The notes under the pieces are model-generated. The model was not told the origin of the DNA. It worked only from the letters and a program-made list of their open reading frames with translations, and made no database searches. A stretch of 64,000 bases of DNA, from the NCBI RefSeq assembly GCF_009914755.1, contig NC_060943.1; one strand, given 5' to 3'. This document shows positions 11,142 through 25,415 of the stretch, piece after piece; positions within the stretch are counted from its first letter, which is position 1, and the number at the start of each line of letters is the position of its first letter. Origin of the DNA: the human T2T-CHM13v2.0 reference genome, Homo sapiens. The position numbers and the translations under genes were made by a program.

Positions 11142-14100
11142 ATGATTCTCAGAAACTCCTTTGTGATGTGTGCGTTCAACTCACAGAGTTTAACCTTTCT
11201 TTTCATAGAGCAGTTAGGAAACACTCTGTTTGTAAAGTCTGCAAGTGGATATTCAGACATCCTTGAGGCTTTCGTTGGAAACGGGATTTCTTCATATTCT
11301 GCTAGAAAGAAGAATTCTCAGTAACTTCCTTGTGTTGTGTGTATTCAACTCACAGAGTTGAACGATCCTTTACACAGAGCAGACTTGAAACACTCTTTTT
11401 GTGGAATTTGCAAGTGGAGATTTCAGCCGCTTTGAGGTCAATGGTAGAATAGGAAATATCTTCCTATAGAAACTAGACAGAATGATTCTCAGAAACTCCT
11501 TTGTGATGTGTGCGTTCAACTCACAGAGTTTAACCTTTCTTTTCATAGAGCAGTTAGGAAACACTCTGTTTGTAAAGTCTGCAAGTGGATATTCAGACCT
11601 CCTTGAGGCCTTCGTTGGAAACGGGATTTCTTCATATTATGCTAGACAGAAGAATTCTCAGTAACTTCCTTGTGTTGTGTGTATTCAACTCACAGAGTTG
11701 AACGATCCTTTACACAGAGCAGACTTGAAACACTCTTTTTGTGGAATTTGCAAGTGGAGATTTCAGCCGCTTTGAGGTCAATGGTAGAATAGGAAATATC
11801 TTCCTATAGAAACTAGACAGAATGATTCTCAGAAACTCCTTTGTGATGTGTGCGTTCAACTCACAGAGTTTAACCTTTCTTTTCATAGAGCAGTTAGGAA
11901 ACACTCTGTTTGTAAAGTCTGCAAGTGGATATTCAGACCTCCTTGAGGCCTTCGTTGGAAACGGGATTTCTACATATTATGCTAGACAGAAGAATTCTCA
12001 GTAACTTCCTTGTGTTGTGTGTATTCAACTCACAGAGTTGAACGATCCTTTACACAGAGCAGACTTGAAACACTCTTTTTGTGGAATTTGCAAGTGGAGA
12101 TTTCAGCCGCTTTGAGGTCAATGGTAGAATAGGAAATATCTTCCTATAGAAACTAGACAGAATGATTCTCAGAAACTCCTTTGTGATGTGTGCGTTCAAC
12201 TCACAGAGTTCAACCTTTCTTTTCATAGAGCAGTTGGGAAACACTCTGTTTGTAAAGTCTGCAAGTGGATATTCAGACTTCTTTGAGGCCTTCGTTGGAA
12301 GCGGGATTTCTTCATATTCTGCTAGACAGAAGAATTCTCAGTAACTGCCTTGTGTTGTGTGTATTCAACTCACAGAGTTGAACGATCCTTTACACAGAGC
12401 AGACTTGAAACACTCTTTTTGTGGAATTTGCAAGTGGAGATTTCAGCCGCTTTGAGGTCAATGGTAGAATAGGAAATATCTTCCTATAGAAACTAGACAG
12501 AATGATTCTCAGAAACTCCTTTGTGATGTGTGCGTTCAACTCACACAGTTTAACCTTTCTTTTCATAGAGCAGTTAGGAAACACTCTGTTTGTAAAGTCT
12601 GCAAGTGGATATTCAGACCTCCTTGAGGCCTTCGTTGGAATCGGGATTTCTTCATACTATGCTAGACAGAAGAATTCTCAGTAACTTCCTTGTGTTGTGT
12701 GTATTCAACTCACAGAGTTGAACGATCCTTTACACAGAGCAGACTTGAAACACTCTTTTTGTGGAATTTGCAAGTGGAGATTTCAGCCGCTTTGAGTTCA
12801 ATGGTAGAATAGGAAATATCTTCCTATAGAAACTAGACAGAATGATTCTCAGAAACTCCTTTGTGATGTGTGCGTTCAACTCACAGAGTTCAACCTTTCT
12901 TTTCATAGAGCAGTTGGGAAACACTCTGTTTGTAAAGTCTGCAAGTGGATATTCAGACTTCTTTGAGGCCTTCGTTGGAAGCGGGATTTCTTCATATTCT
13001 GCTAGACAGAAGAATTCTCAGAAACTTCCTTGTGTTGTGTGTTTTCAACTCACAGAGATGAACGATCCTTTACACAGAGCAGACTTGAAACACTCCTTTT
13101 GTGGAATTTGCAAGTGGAGATTTCAGCCGCTTTGAGGTCAATGGTAGAATAGGAAATATCTTCCTATAGAAAGTAGACAGAATGATTCTCAGAAACTCCT
13201 TTGTGATGTGTGCGTTCAACACACAGAGTTTAACCTTTCTTTTCATAGAGCAGTTAGGAAACACTCTGTTTGTAAAGTCTGCCAGTGGATATTCAGACAT
13301 CCTTGAGGCCTTCGTTGGAAACGGGATTTCTTCATATTATGCTAGACAGAAGAATTCTCAGTAACTTCCTTGTGTTGTGTGTATTCAACTCACAGAGTTG
13401 AACGATCCTTTACACAGATCAGACTTGAAACACTCTTTTTGTGGAATTTGCAAGTGGAGATTTCAGCCGCTTTGAGTTCAATGGTAGAATAGGAAATATC
13501 TTCCTATAGAAACTAGACAGAATGATTCTCAGAAACTCCTTTGTGATGTGTGCGTTCAACTCACAGAGTTCAACCTTTCTTTTCATAGAGCAGTTGGGAA
13601 ACACTCTGTTTGTAAAGTCTGCAAGTGGATATTCAGACTTCTTTGAGGCCTTCGTTGGAAGCGGGATTTCTTCATATTCTGCTAGACAGAAGAATTCTCA
13701 GTAACTGCCTTGTGTTGTGTGTATTCAACTCACAGAGTTGAACGATCCTTTACACAGAGCAGACTTGAAACACTCTTTTTGTGGAATTTGCAAGTGGAGA
13801 TTTCAGCCGCTTTGAGGTCAATGGTAGAATAGGAAATATCTTCCTATAGAAACTAGACAGAATGATTCTCAGAAACTCCTTTGTGATGTGTGCGTTCAAC
13901 TCACAGAGTTTAACCTTTCTTTTCATAGAGCAGTTAGGAAACACTCTGTTTGTAAAGTCTGCAAGTGGATATTCAGACATCCTTGAGGCTTTCGTTGGAA
14001 ACGGGATTTCTTCATATTCTGCTAGAAAGAAGAATTCTCAGTAACTTCCTTGTGTTGTGTGTATTCAACTCACAGAGTTGAACGATCCTTTACACAGAGC

Positions 14101-15221
14101 AGACTTGAAACACTCTTTTTGTGGAATTTGCAAGTGGAGATTTCAGCCGCTTTGAGGTCAATGGTAGAATAGGAAATATCTTCCTATAGAAACTAGACAG
14201 AATGATTCTCAGAAACTCCTTTGTGATGTGTGCGTTCAACTCACAGAGTTTAACCTTTCTTTTCATAGAGCAGTTGGGAAACACTCTGTTTGTAAAGTCT
14301 GCAAGTGGATATTCAGACATCCTTGAGGCTTTCGTTGGAAACGGGATTTCTTCATATTCTGCTAGAAAGAAGAATTCTCAGTAACTTCCTTGTGTTGTGT
14401 GTATTCAACTCACAGAGTTGCACGATCCTTTACACAGAGCAGACTTGAAACACTCTTTTTGTGGAATTTGCAAGTGGAGATTTCAGCCGCTTTGAGTTCA
14501 ATGGTAGAATAGGAAATATCTTCCTATAGAAACTAGACAGAATGATTCTCAGAAACTCCTTTGTGATGTGTGCGTTCAACTCACAGAGTTCAAGCTTTCT
14601 TTTCATAGAGCAGTTGGGAAACACTCTGTTTGTAAAGTCTGCAAGTGGATATTCAGACTTCTTTGAGGCCTTCGTTGGAAGCGGGATTTCTTCATGTTCT
14701 GCTAGACAGAAGAATTCTCAGAAACTTCCTTGTGTTGTGTGTTTTCAACTCACAGAGTTGAACGATCCTTTACACAGAGCAGACTTGAAACACTCCTTTT
14801 GTGGAATTTGCAAGTGGAGATTTCAGCCGCTTTGAGGTCAATGGTAGAATAGGAAATATCTTCCTATAGAAAGTAGACAGAATGATTCTCAGAAACTCCT
14901 TTGTGATTTGTGCGTTCAACTCACAGAGTTTAACCTTTCTTTTCATAGAGCAGTTAGGAAACACTCTGTTTGTAAAGTCTGCAAGTGGATATTCAGACCT
15001 CCTTGAGGCCTTCGTTGGAAGCGGGATTTCTTCATGTTCAGGTAGACAGAAGAATTCTCAGAAACTTCCTTGTGTTGTGTGTTTTCAACTCACAGAGTTG
15101 AACGATCCTTTACACAGAGCAGACTTGAAACACTCCTTTTGTGGAATTTGCAAGTGGAGATTTCAGCCGCTTTGAGGTCAATGGTAGAATAGGAAATATC
15201 TTCCTATAGAAACTAGACAGA

Positions 15222-18200
15222 ATGATTCTCAGAAACTCCTTTGTGATGTGTGCGTTCAACTCACAGAGTTTAACCTTTCTTTTCATAGAGCAGTTAGGAA
15301 ACACTCTGTTTGTAAAGTCTGCAAGTGGATATTCAGACATCTTTGAGGCCTTCGTTGGAAACGGGATTTCTTCATGTTCTGCTAGACAGAAGAATTCTCA
15401 GAAACTTCCTTGTGTTGTGTGTTTTCAACTCACAGAGTTGAACGATGCTTTACACAGAGTAGACTTGAAACACTCTTTTTGTGTAATTTGCAAGTGGAGA
15501 TTTCAGCCGCTTTGAGGTCAATGGTAGAAAAGGAAATATCTTCGTATAAAAACTAGACAGAATGATTCTCAGAAACTCCTTTGTGATGTGTGCGTTCAAC
15601 TCACAGAGTTTAACCTTTCTTTTCATAGAGCAGTTAGGAAACACTCTGTTTGTAAAGTCTGCAAGTGGATATTCAGACCTCCTTGAGGCCTTCGTTGGAA
15701 ACGGGATTTCTTCATATTATGCTAGACAGAAGAATTCTCAGTAACTGCCTTGTGTTGTGTGTATTCAACTCACAGAGTTGAACGATCCTTTACACAGAGC
15801 AGACTTGAAACACTCTTTTTGTGGAATTTGCAAGTGGAGATTTCAGCCGCTTTGAGGTCAATGGTAGAATAGGAAATATCTTCATATAGAAACTAGACAG
15901 AATGATTCTCAGAAACTCCTTTGTGATGTGTGCGTTCAACTCACACAGTTTAACCTTTCTTTTCATAGAGCAGTTAGGAAACACTCTGTTTGTAAAGTCT
16001 GCAAGTGGATATTCAGACCTCCTTGAGGCATTCGTTGGAAACGGGATTTCTTCATATTATGCTAGACAGAAGAATTCTCAGTAACTTCCTTGTGTTGTGT
16101 GTATTCAACTCACAGAGTTGAACGATCCTTTACACAGAGCAGACTTGAAACACTCTTTTTGTGGAATTTGCAAGTGGAGATTTCAGCCGCTTTGAGTTCA
16201 ATGGTAGAATAGGAAATATCTTCCTATAGAAACTAGACAGAATGATTCTCAGAAACTCCTTTGTGATGTGTGCGTTCAACTCACAGAGTTCAACCTTTCT
16301 TTTCATAGAGCAGTTGGGAAACACTCTGTTTGTAAAGTCTGTAAGTGGATATTCAGACTTCTTTGAGGCCTTCGTTGGAAGCGGGATTTCTTCATGTTCA
16401 GCTAGACAGAAGAATTCTCAGAAACTTCCTTGTGTTGTGTGTTTTCAACTCACAGAGTTGAACGATCCTTTACACAGAGCAGACTTGAAACACTCCTTTT
16501 GTGGAATTTGCAAGTGGAGATTTCAGCCGCTTTGAGGTCAATGGTAGAATAGGAAATATCTTCCTATAGAAACTAGACAGAATGATTCTCAGAAACTCCT
16601 TTGTGATGTGTGCGTTCAACTCACAGAGTTTAACCTTTCTTTTCATAGAGCAGTTAGGAAACACTCTGTTTGTAAAGTCTGCAAGTGGATATTCAGACAT
16701 CCTTGAGGCTTTCGTTGGAAACGGGATTTCTTCATATTCTGCTAGAAAGAAGAATTCTCAGTAACTTCCTTGTGTTGTGTGTATTCAACTCACAGAGTTG
16801 AACGATCCTTTACACAGAGCAGACTTGAAACACTCTTTTTGTGGAATTTGCAAGTGGAGATTTCAGCCGCTTTGAGTTCAATGGTAGAATAGGAAATATC
16901 TTCCTATAGAAACTAGACAGAATGATTCTCAGAAACTCCTTTGTGATGTGTGCGTTCAACTCACAGAGTTTAACCTTTCTTTTCATAGAGCAGTTGGGAA
17001 ACACTCTGTTTGTAAAGTCTGCAAGTGGATATTCAGACATCCTTGAGGCTTTCGTTGGAAACGGGATTTCTTCATATTCTGCTAGAAAGAAGAATTCTCA
17101 GTAACTTCCTTGTGTTGTGTGTATTCAACTCACAGAGTTGAACGATCCTTTACACAGAGCAGACTTGAAACACTCTTTTTGTGGAATTTGCAAGTGGAGA
17201 TTTCAGCCGCTTTGAGTTCAATGGTAGAATAGGAAATATCTTCCTATAGAAACTAGACAGAATGATTCTCAGAAACTCCTTTGTGATGTGTGCGTTCAAC
17301 TCACAGAGTTCAACCTTTCTTTTAATAGAGCAGTTGGGAAACACTCTGTTTGTAAATTCTGCAAGTGGATATTCAGACTTCTTTGAGGCCTTCGTTGGAA
17401 GCGGGATTTCTTCATATTCTGCTAGACAGAAGAATTCTCAGTAACCTCCTTGTGTTGTGTGTATTCAACTCACAGAGTTGAACGACGCTTTACACAGAGC
17501 AGACTTGAAACACTCTTTTTGTGGAATTTGCAAGTGGAGATTTCAGCCGCTTTGAGGTCAATGGTAGAATAGGAAATATCTTCCTATAGAAACTAGACAG
17601 AATGATTCTCAGAAACTCCTTTGTGATGTGTGCGTTCAACTCACAGAGTTTAACCTTTCTTTTCATAGAGCAGTTAGGAAACACTCTGTTTGTAAAGTCT
17701 GCAAGTGGATATTCAGACATCCTTGAGGCTTTCGTTGGAAACGGGATTTCTTCATGTTCTGCTAGACAGAAGAATTCTCAGTAACTGCCTTGTGTTGTGT
17801 GTATTCAACTCACAGAGTTGAACGATCCTTTACACAGAGCAGACTTGAAACACTCCTTTTGTGGAATTTGCAAGTGGAGATTTCAGCCGCTTTGAGGTCA
17901 ATGGTAGAATAGGAAATATCTTCCTATAGAAACTAGACAGAATGATTCTCAGAAACTCCTTTGTGATGTGTTCGTTCAACTCACAGAGTTTAACCTTTCT
18001 TTTCATAGAGCAGTTAGGAAACACTCTGTTTGTAAAGTCTGCAAGTGGATATTCAGACATCCTTGAGGCTTTCGTTGGAAACGGGATTTCTTCATATTCT
18101 GCTAGAAAGAAGAATTCTCAGTAACTTCCTTGTGTTGTGTGTATTCAGCTCACAGAGTTGAACGATCCTTTACACAGAGCAGACTTGAAACACTCTTTTT

Positions 18201-20880
18201 GTGGAATTTGCAAGTGGAGATTTCAGCCGCTTTGAGGTCAATGGTAGAATAGGAAATATCTTCCTATAGAAACTAGACAGAATGATTCTCAGAAACTCCT
18301 TTGTGATGTGTGCGTTCAACTCACAGAGTTTAACCTTTCTTTTCATAGAGCAGTTAGGAAACACTCTGTTTGTAAAGTCTGCAAGTGGATATTCAGACCT
18401 CCTTGAGGCCTTCGTTGGAAACGGGATTTATTCATATTATGCTAGACAGAAGAATTCTCAGTAACTTCCTTGTGTTGTGTGTATTCAACTCACAGAGTTG
18501 AACGATCCTTTACACAGAGCAGACTTGAAACACTCTTTTTGTGGAATTTGCAAGTGGAGATTTCAGCCGCTTTGAGGTCAATGGTAGAATAGGAAATATC
18601 TTCCTATAGAAACTAGACAGAATGATTCTCAGAAACTCCTTTGTGATGTGTGCGTTCAACTCACAGAGTTCAACCTTTCTTTTCATAGAGCAGTTGGGAA
18701 ACACTCTGTTTGTAAAGTCTGCAAGTGGATATTCAGACTTCTTTGAGGCCTTCGTTGGAAGCGGGATTTCTTCATATTCTGCTAGACAGAAGAATTCTCA
18801 GTAACTTCCTTGTGTTGTGTGTATTCAACTCACAGAGTTGAACGATCCTTTACACAGAGCAGACTTGAAACACTCTTTTTGTGGAATTTGCAAGTGGAGA
18901 TTTCAGCCGCTTTGAGGTCAATGGTAGAATAGGAAATATCTTCCTATAGAAACTAGACAGAATGATTCTCAGAAACTCCTTTGTGATGTGTGCGTTCAAC
19001 TCACAGAGTTTAACCTTTCTTTTCATAGAGCAGTTAGGAAACACTCTGTTTGTAAAGTCTGCAAGTGGATATTCAGACCTCCTTGAGGCCTTCGTTGGAA
19101 ACGGGATTTCTTCATATTATGCTAGACAGAAGAATTCTCAGTAACTTCCTTGTGTTGTGTGTATTCAACTCACAGAGTTGAACGATCCTTTACACAGAGC
19201 AGACTTGAAACACTCTTTTTGTGGAATTTGCAAGTGGAGATTTCAGCCGCTTTGAGGTCAATGGTAGAATAGGAAATATCTTCCTATAGAAACTAGACAG
19301 AATGATTCTCAGAAACTCCTTTGTGATGTGTGCGTTCAACTCACAGAGTTCAACCTTTCTTTTCATAGAGCAGTTGGGAAACACTCTGTTTGTAAAGTCT
19401 GCAAGTGGATATTCAGACTTCTTTGAGGCCTTCGTTGGAAGCGGGATTTCTTCATATTCTGCTAGACAGAAGAATTCTCAGTAACTGCCTTGTGTTGTGT
19501 GTATTCAACTCACAGAGTTGAACGATCCTTTACACAGAGCAGACTTGAAACACTCTTTTTGTGGAATTTGCAAGTGGAGATTTCAGCCGCTTTGAGGTCA
19601 ATGGTAGAATAGGAAATATCTTCCTATAGAAACTAGACAGAATGATTCTCAGAAACTCCTTTGTGATGTGTGCGTTCAACTCACACAGTTTAACCTTTCT
19701 TTTCATAGAGCAGTTAGGAAACACTCTGTTTGTAAAGTCTGCAAGTGGATATTCAGACCTCCTTGAGGCCTTCGTTGGAAACGGGATTTCTTCATATTAT
19801 GCTAGACAGAAGAATTCTCAGTAACTTCCTTGTGTTGTGTGTATTCAACTCACAGAGTTGAACGATCCTTTACACAGAGCAGACTTGAAACACTCTTTTT
19901 GTGGAATTTGCAAGTGGAGATTTCAGCCGCTGTGAGGTCAATGGTAGAATAGGAAATATCTTCCTATAGAAACTAGACAGAATGATTCTCAGAAACTCCT
20001 TTGTGATGTGTGCGTTCAACTCACAGAGTTCAACCTTTCTTTTCATAGAGCAGTTGGGAAACACTCTGTTTGTAAAGTCTGCAAGTAGATATTCAGACTT
20101 CTTTGAGGCCTTCGTTGGAAGCGGGATTTCTTCATATTCTGCTAGACAGAAGAATTCTCAGAAACTTCCTTGTGTTGTGTGTTTTCAACTCACAGAGATG
20201 AACGATCCTTTACACAGAGCAGACTTGAAACACTCCTTTTGTGGAATTTGCAAGTGGAGATTTCAGCCGCTTTGAGGTCAATGGTAGAATAGGAAATATC
20301 TTCCTATAGAAAGTAGACAGAATGATTCTCAGAAACTCCTTTGTGATGTGTGCGTTCAACTCACAGAGTTTAACCTTTCTTTTCATAGAGCAGTTAGGAA
20401 ACACTCTGTTTGTAAAGTCTGCCAGTGGATATTCAGACATCCTTGAGGCCTTCGTTGGAAACGGGATTTCTTCATATTATGCTAGACAGAAGAATTCTCA
20501 GTAACTTCCTTGTGTTGTGTGTATTCAACTCACAGAGTTGAACGATCCTTTACACAGAGCAGACTTGAAACACTCTTTTTGTGGAATTTGCAAGTGGAGA
20601 TTTCAGCCGCTTTGAGTTCAATGGTAGAATAGGAAATATCTTCCTATAGAAACTAGACAGAATGATTCTCAGAAACTCCTTTGTGATGTGTGCGTTCAAC
20701 TCACAGAGTTCAACCTTTCTTTTCATAGAGCAGTTGGGAAACACTCTGTTTGTACAGTCTGCAAGTGGATATTCAGACTTCTTTGAGGCCTTCGTTGGAA
20801 GCGGGATTTCTTCATATTCTGCTAGACAGAAGAATTCTCAGTAACTGCCTTGTGTTGTGTGTATTCAACTCACAGAGTTG
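15222..20880 (+). repeat. Block duplication copy A (17 dimers), paralogous to 25416-30400
   Basis: Private SNPs occur in the same order in both copies: divergent monomer, TTCATATAG, TCTGTAAG, GACGC, GTGTTCG, TTCAGCTC, GCTGTGAG, AAGTAGAT, TGTACAG. Confidence 0.9.
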
Positions 20881-23800
20881 AACGATCCTTTACACAGAGC
20901 AGACTTGAAACACTCCTTTTGTGGAATTTGCAAGTGGAGATTTCAGCCGCTTTGAGGTCAATGGTAGAATAGGAAATATCTTCCTATAGAAACTAGACAG
21001 AATGATTCTGAGAAATCCTTTGTGATGTGTGCGTTCAACTCACAGGGTTTAACCTTTCTTTTCATAGAGCAGTTAGGAAACACTCTGTTTTTAAAGTCTT
21101 CAAGTGGATATTCAGACCTCCTTGAGGCCTTCGTTGGAAACGGGATTTCTTCATATTATGCTAGACAGAGGAATTCTCAGGAACTTCCTTGTGTTGTGTG
21201 TATTCAACTCACAGAGTTGAACGATCCTTTACACAGAGCAGACTTGAAACACTCTTTTTGTGGAATTTGCAAGTGGAGATTTCAGCCGCTTTGAGTTCAA
21301 TGGTAGAATAGGAAATATCTTCCTATAGAAAGTACACAGAATGATTCTCAGAAACTGCTTTGTGATGTGTGCGTTCAACTCACAGAGTTCAACCTTTCTT
21401 TTCATAGAGCAGTTGGGAAACACTCTGTAAAGTCTGCAAGTGGATATTCAGACTTCTTTGAGGCCTTCGTTGGAAGCGGGATTTCTTCATATTCTGCTAG
21501 ACAGAAGAATTCTCAGTAACTGCCTTGTGTTGTGTGTATTCAACTCACAGAGTTGAACGATCCTTTACACAGAGCAGACTTGAAACACTCTTTTTGTGGA
21601 ATTTGCAAGTGGAGATTTCAGCCGCTTTGAGTTCAATGGTAGAATAGGAAATATCTTCCTATAGAAACTAGACAGAATGATTCTCAGAAACTCCTTTGTG
21701 ATGTGTGCGTTCAACTCACAGAGTTTAACCTTTCTTTTCATAGAGCAGTTAGGAAACACTCTGTTTGTAAAGTCTGCAAGTGGATATTCAGACATCCTTG
21801 AGGCTTTCGTTGGAAACGGGATTTCTTCATATTCTGCTAGAAAGAAGAATTCTCAGTAACTTCCTTGTGTTGTGTGTATTCAACTCACAGAGTTGAACGA
21901 TCCTTTACACAGAGCAGACTTGAAACACTCTTTTTGTGGAATTTGCAAGTGGAGATTTCAGCCGCTTTGAGGTCAATGGTAGAATAGGAAATATCTTCCT
22001 ATAGAAACTAGACAGAATGATTCTCAGAAACTCCTTTGTGATGTGTGCGTTCAACTCACAGAGTTTAACCTTTCTTTTCATAGAGCAGTTAGGAAACACT
22101 CTGTTTGTAAAGTCTGCAAGTGGATATTCAGACCTCCTTGAGGCCTTCGTTGGAAACGGGATTTCTTCATATTATGCTAGACAGAAGAATTCTCAGTAAC
22201 TTCCTTGTGTTGTGTGTATTCAACTCACAGAGTTGAACGATCCTTTACACAGAGCAGACTTGAAACACTCTTTTTGTGGAATTTGCAAGTGGAGATTTCA
22301 GCCGCTTTGAGGTCAATGGTAGAATAGGAAATATCTTCCTATAGAAACTAGACAGAATGATTCTCAGAAACTCCTTTGTGATGTGTGCGTTCAACTCACA
22401 CAGTTTAACCTTTCTTTTCATAGAGCAGTTAGGAAACACTCTGTTTGTAAAGTCTGCAAGTGGATATTCAGACCTCCTTGAGGCATTCGTTGGAAACGGG
22501 ATTTCTACATATTATGCTAGACAGAAGAATTCTCAGTAACTTCCTTGTGTTGTGTGTATTCAACTCACAGAGTTGAACGATCCTTTACACAGAGCAGACT
22601 TGAAACACTCTTTTTGTGGATTTTGCAAGTGGAGATTTCAGCCGCTTTGAGTTCAATGGTAGAATAGGAAATATCTTCCTATTGAAACTAGACAGAATGA
22701 TTCTCAGAAACTCCTTTGTGATGTGTGCGTTCAACTCACAGAGTTCAACCTTTCTTTTCATAGAGCAGTTGGGAAACACTCTGTTTGTAAAGTCTGCAAG
22801 TGGATATTCAGACTTCTTTGAGGCCTTCGTTGGAAGCAGGATTTCTTCATGTTCAGCTAGACAGAAGAATTCTCAGAAACTTCCTTGTGTTGTGTGTTTT
22901 CAACTCACAGAGTTGAACGATCCTTTACACAGAGCAGACTTGAAACACTCCTTTTGTGGAATTTGCAAGTGGAGATTTCAGCCGCTTTGAGGTCAATGGT
23001 AGAATAGGAAATATCTTCCTATAGAAACTAGACAGAATGATTCTCAGAAACTCCTTTGTGATGTGTGCGTTCAACTCACAGAGTTTAACCTTTCTTTTCA
23101 TAGAGCAGTTAGGAAACACTCTGTTTGTAAAGTCTGCAAGTGGATATTCAGACATCCTTGAGGCTTTCGTTGGAAACGGGATTTCTTCATATTCTGCTAG
23201 AAAGAAGAATTCTCAGTAACTTCCTTGTGTTGTGTGTATTCAACTCACAGAGTTCAACGATCCTTTACACAGAGCAGACTTGAAACACTCTTTTTGTGGA
23301 ATTTGCAAGTGGAGATTTCAGCCGCTTTGAGTTCAATGGTAGAATAGGAAATATCTTCCTATAGAAACTAGACAGAATGATTCTCAGAAACTCCTTTGTG
23401 ATGTGTGCGTTCAACTCACAGAGTTTAACCTTTCTTTTCATAGAGCAGTTGGGAAACACTCTGTTTGTAAAGTCTGCAAGTGGATATTCAGACATCCTTG
23501 AGGCTTTCGTTGGAAACGGGATTTCTTCATATTCTGCTAGAAAGAAGAATTCTCAGTAACTTCCTTGTGTTGTGTGTATTCAACTCACAGAGTTGCACGA
23601 TCCTTTACACAGAGCAGACTTGAAACACTCTTTTTGTGGAATTTGCAAGTGGAGATTTCAGCCGCTTTGAGTTCAATGGTAGAATAGGAAATATCTTCCT
23701 ATAGAAACTAGACAGAATGATTCTCAGAAACTCCTTTGTGATGTGTGCGTTCAACTCACAGAGTTCAACCTTTCTTTTCATAGAGCAGTTGGGAAACACT

Positions 23801-25415
23801 CTGTTTGTAAAGTCTGCAAGTGGATATTCAGACTTCTTTGAGGCCTTCGTTGGAAGCGGGATTTCTTCATGTTCTGCTAGACAGAAGAATTCTCAGAAAC
23901 TTCCTTGTGTTGTGTGTTTTCAACTCACAGAGTTGAACGATCCTTTACACAGAGCAGACTTGAAACACTCCTTTTGTTGAATTTGCAAGTGGAGATTTCA
24001 GCCGCTTTGAGGTCAATGGTAGAATAGGAAATATCTTCCTATAGAAAGTAGACAGAATGATTCTCAGAAACTCCTTTGTGATGTGTGCGTTCAACTCACA
24101 GAGTTTACCCTTTCTTTTCATAGAGCAGTTAGGAAACACTCTGTTTGTAAAGTCTGCAAGTGGATATTCAGACCTCCTTGAGGCCTTCGTTGGAAGCGGG
24201 ATTTCTTCATGTTCAGGTAGACAGAAGAATTCTCAGAAACTTCCTTGTGTTGTGTGTTTTCAACTCACAGAGTTGAACGATCCTTTACACAGAGCAGACT
24301 TGAAACACTCCTTTTGTGGAATTTGCAAGTGGAGATTTCAGCCGCTTTGAGGTCAATGGTAGAATAGGAAATATCTTCCTATAGAAACTAGACAGAATGA
24401 TTCTGAGAAATCCTTTGTGATGTGTGCGTTCAACTCACAGAGTTTAACCTTTCTTTTCATAGAGCAGTTAGGAAACACTCTGTTTTTAAAGTCTTCAAGT
24501 GGATATTCAGACCTCCTTGAGGCCTTCGTTGGAAACGGGATTTCTTCATATTATGCTAGACAGAGGAATTCTTAGGAACTTCCTTGTGTTGTGTGTATTC
24601 AACTCACAGAGTTGAACGATCCTTTACACAGAGCAGACTTGAAACACTCTTTTTGTGGAATTTGCAAGTGGAGATTTCAGCCGCTTTGAGTTCAATGGTA
24701 GAATAGGAAATATCTTCCTATAGAAAGTACACAGAATGATTCTCAGAAACTGCTTTGTGATGTGTGCGTTCAACTCACAGAGTTCAACCTTTCTTTTCAT
24801 AGAGCAGTTGGGAAACACTCTGTTTGTAAAGTCTGCAAGTGGATATTCAGACTTCTTTGAGGCCTTCGTTGGAAGCGGGATTTCTTCATATTCTGCTAGA
24901 CAGAAGAATTCTCAGTAACTTCCTTGTGTTGTGTGTATTCAACTCACAGAGTTGAACGATCCTTTACACAGAGCAGACTTGAAACACTCTTTTTGTGGAA
25001 TTTGCAAGTGGAGATTTCAGCCGCTTTGAGTTCAATGGTAGAATAGGAAATATCTTCCTATAGAAACTAGACAGAATGATTCTCAGAAACTCCTTTGTGA
25101 TGTGTGCGTTCAACTCACAGAGTTCAACCTTTCTTTTCATAGAGCAGTTGGGAAACACTCTGTTTGTAAAGTCTGCAAGTGGATATTCAGACTTCTTTGA
25201 GGCCTTCGTTGGAAGCGGGATTTCTTCATATTCTGCTAGACAGAAGAATTCTCAGTAACTGCCTTGTGTTGTGTGTATTCAACTCACAGAGTTGAACGAT
25301 CCTTTACACAGAGCAGACTTGAAACACTCTTTTTGTGGAATTTGCAAGTGGAGATTTCAGCCGCTTTGAGGTCAATGGTAGAATAGGAAATATCTTCCTA
25401 TAGAAACTAGACAGA

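Noticed and set aside
12630-12646. CENP-B box variant CTTCGTTGGAATCGGGA (and ATTCG... variants such as 4131)
   Set aside because: The changes fall at non-core positions of NTTCGNNNNANNCGGGN, so they were not counted as broken boxes.
22616-22990. Longest ORF (124 aa)
   Set aside because: It results from a single stop-removing SNP (TAG>TTG) in one satellite copy, with no coding evidence.
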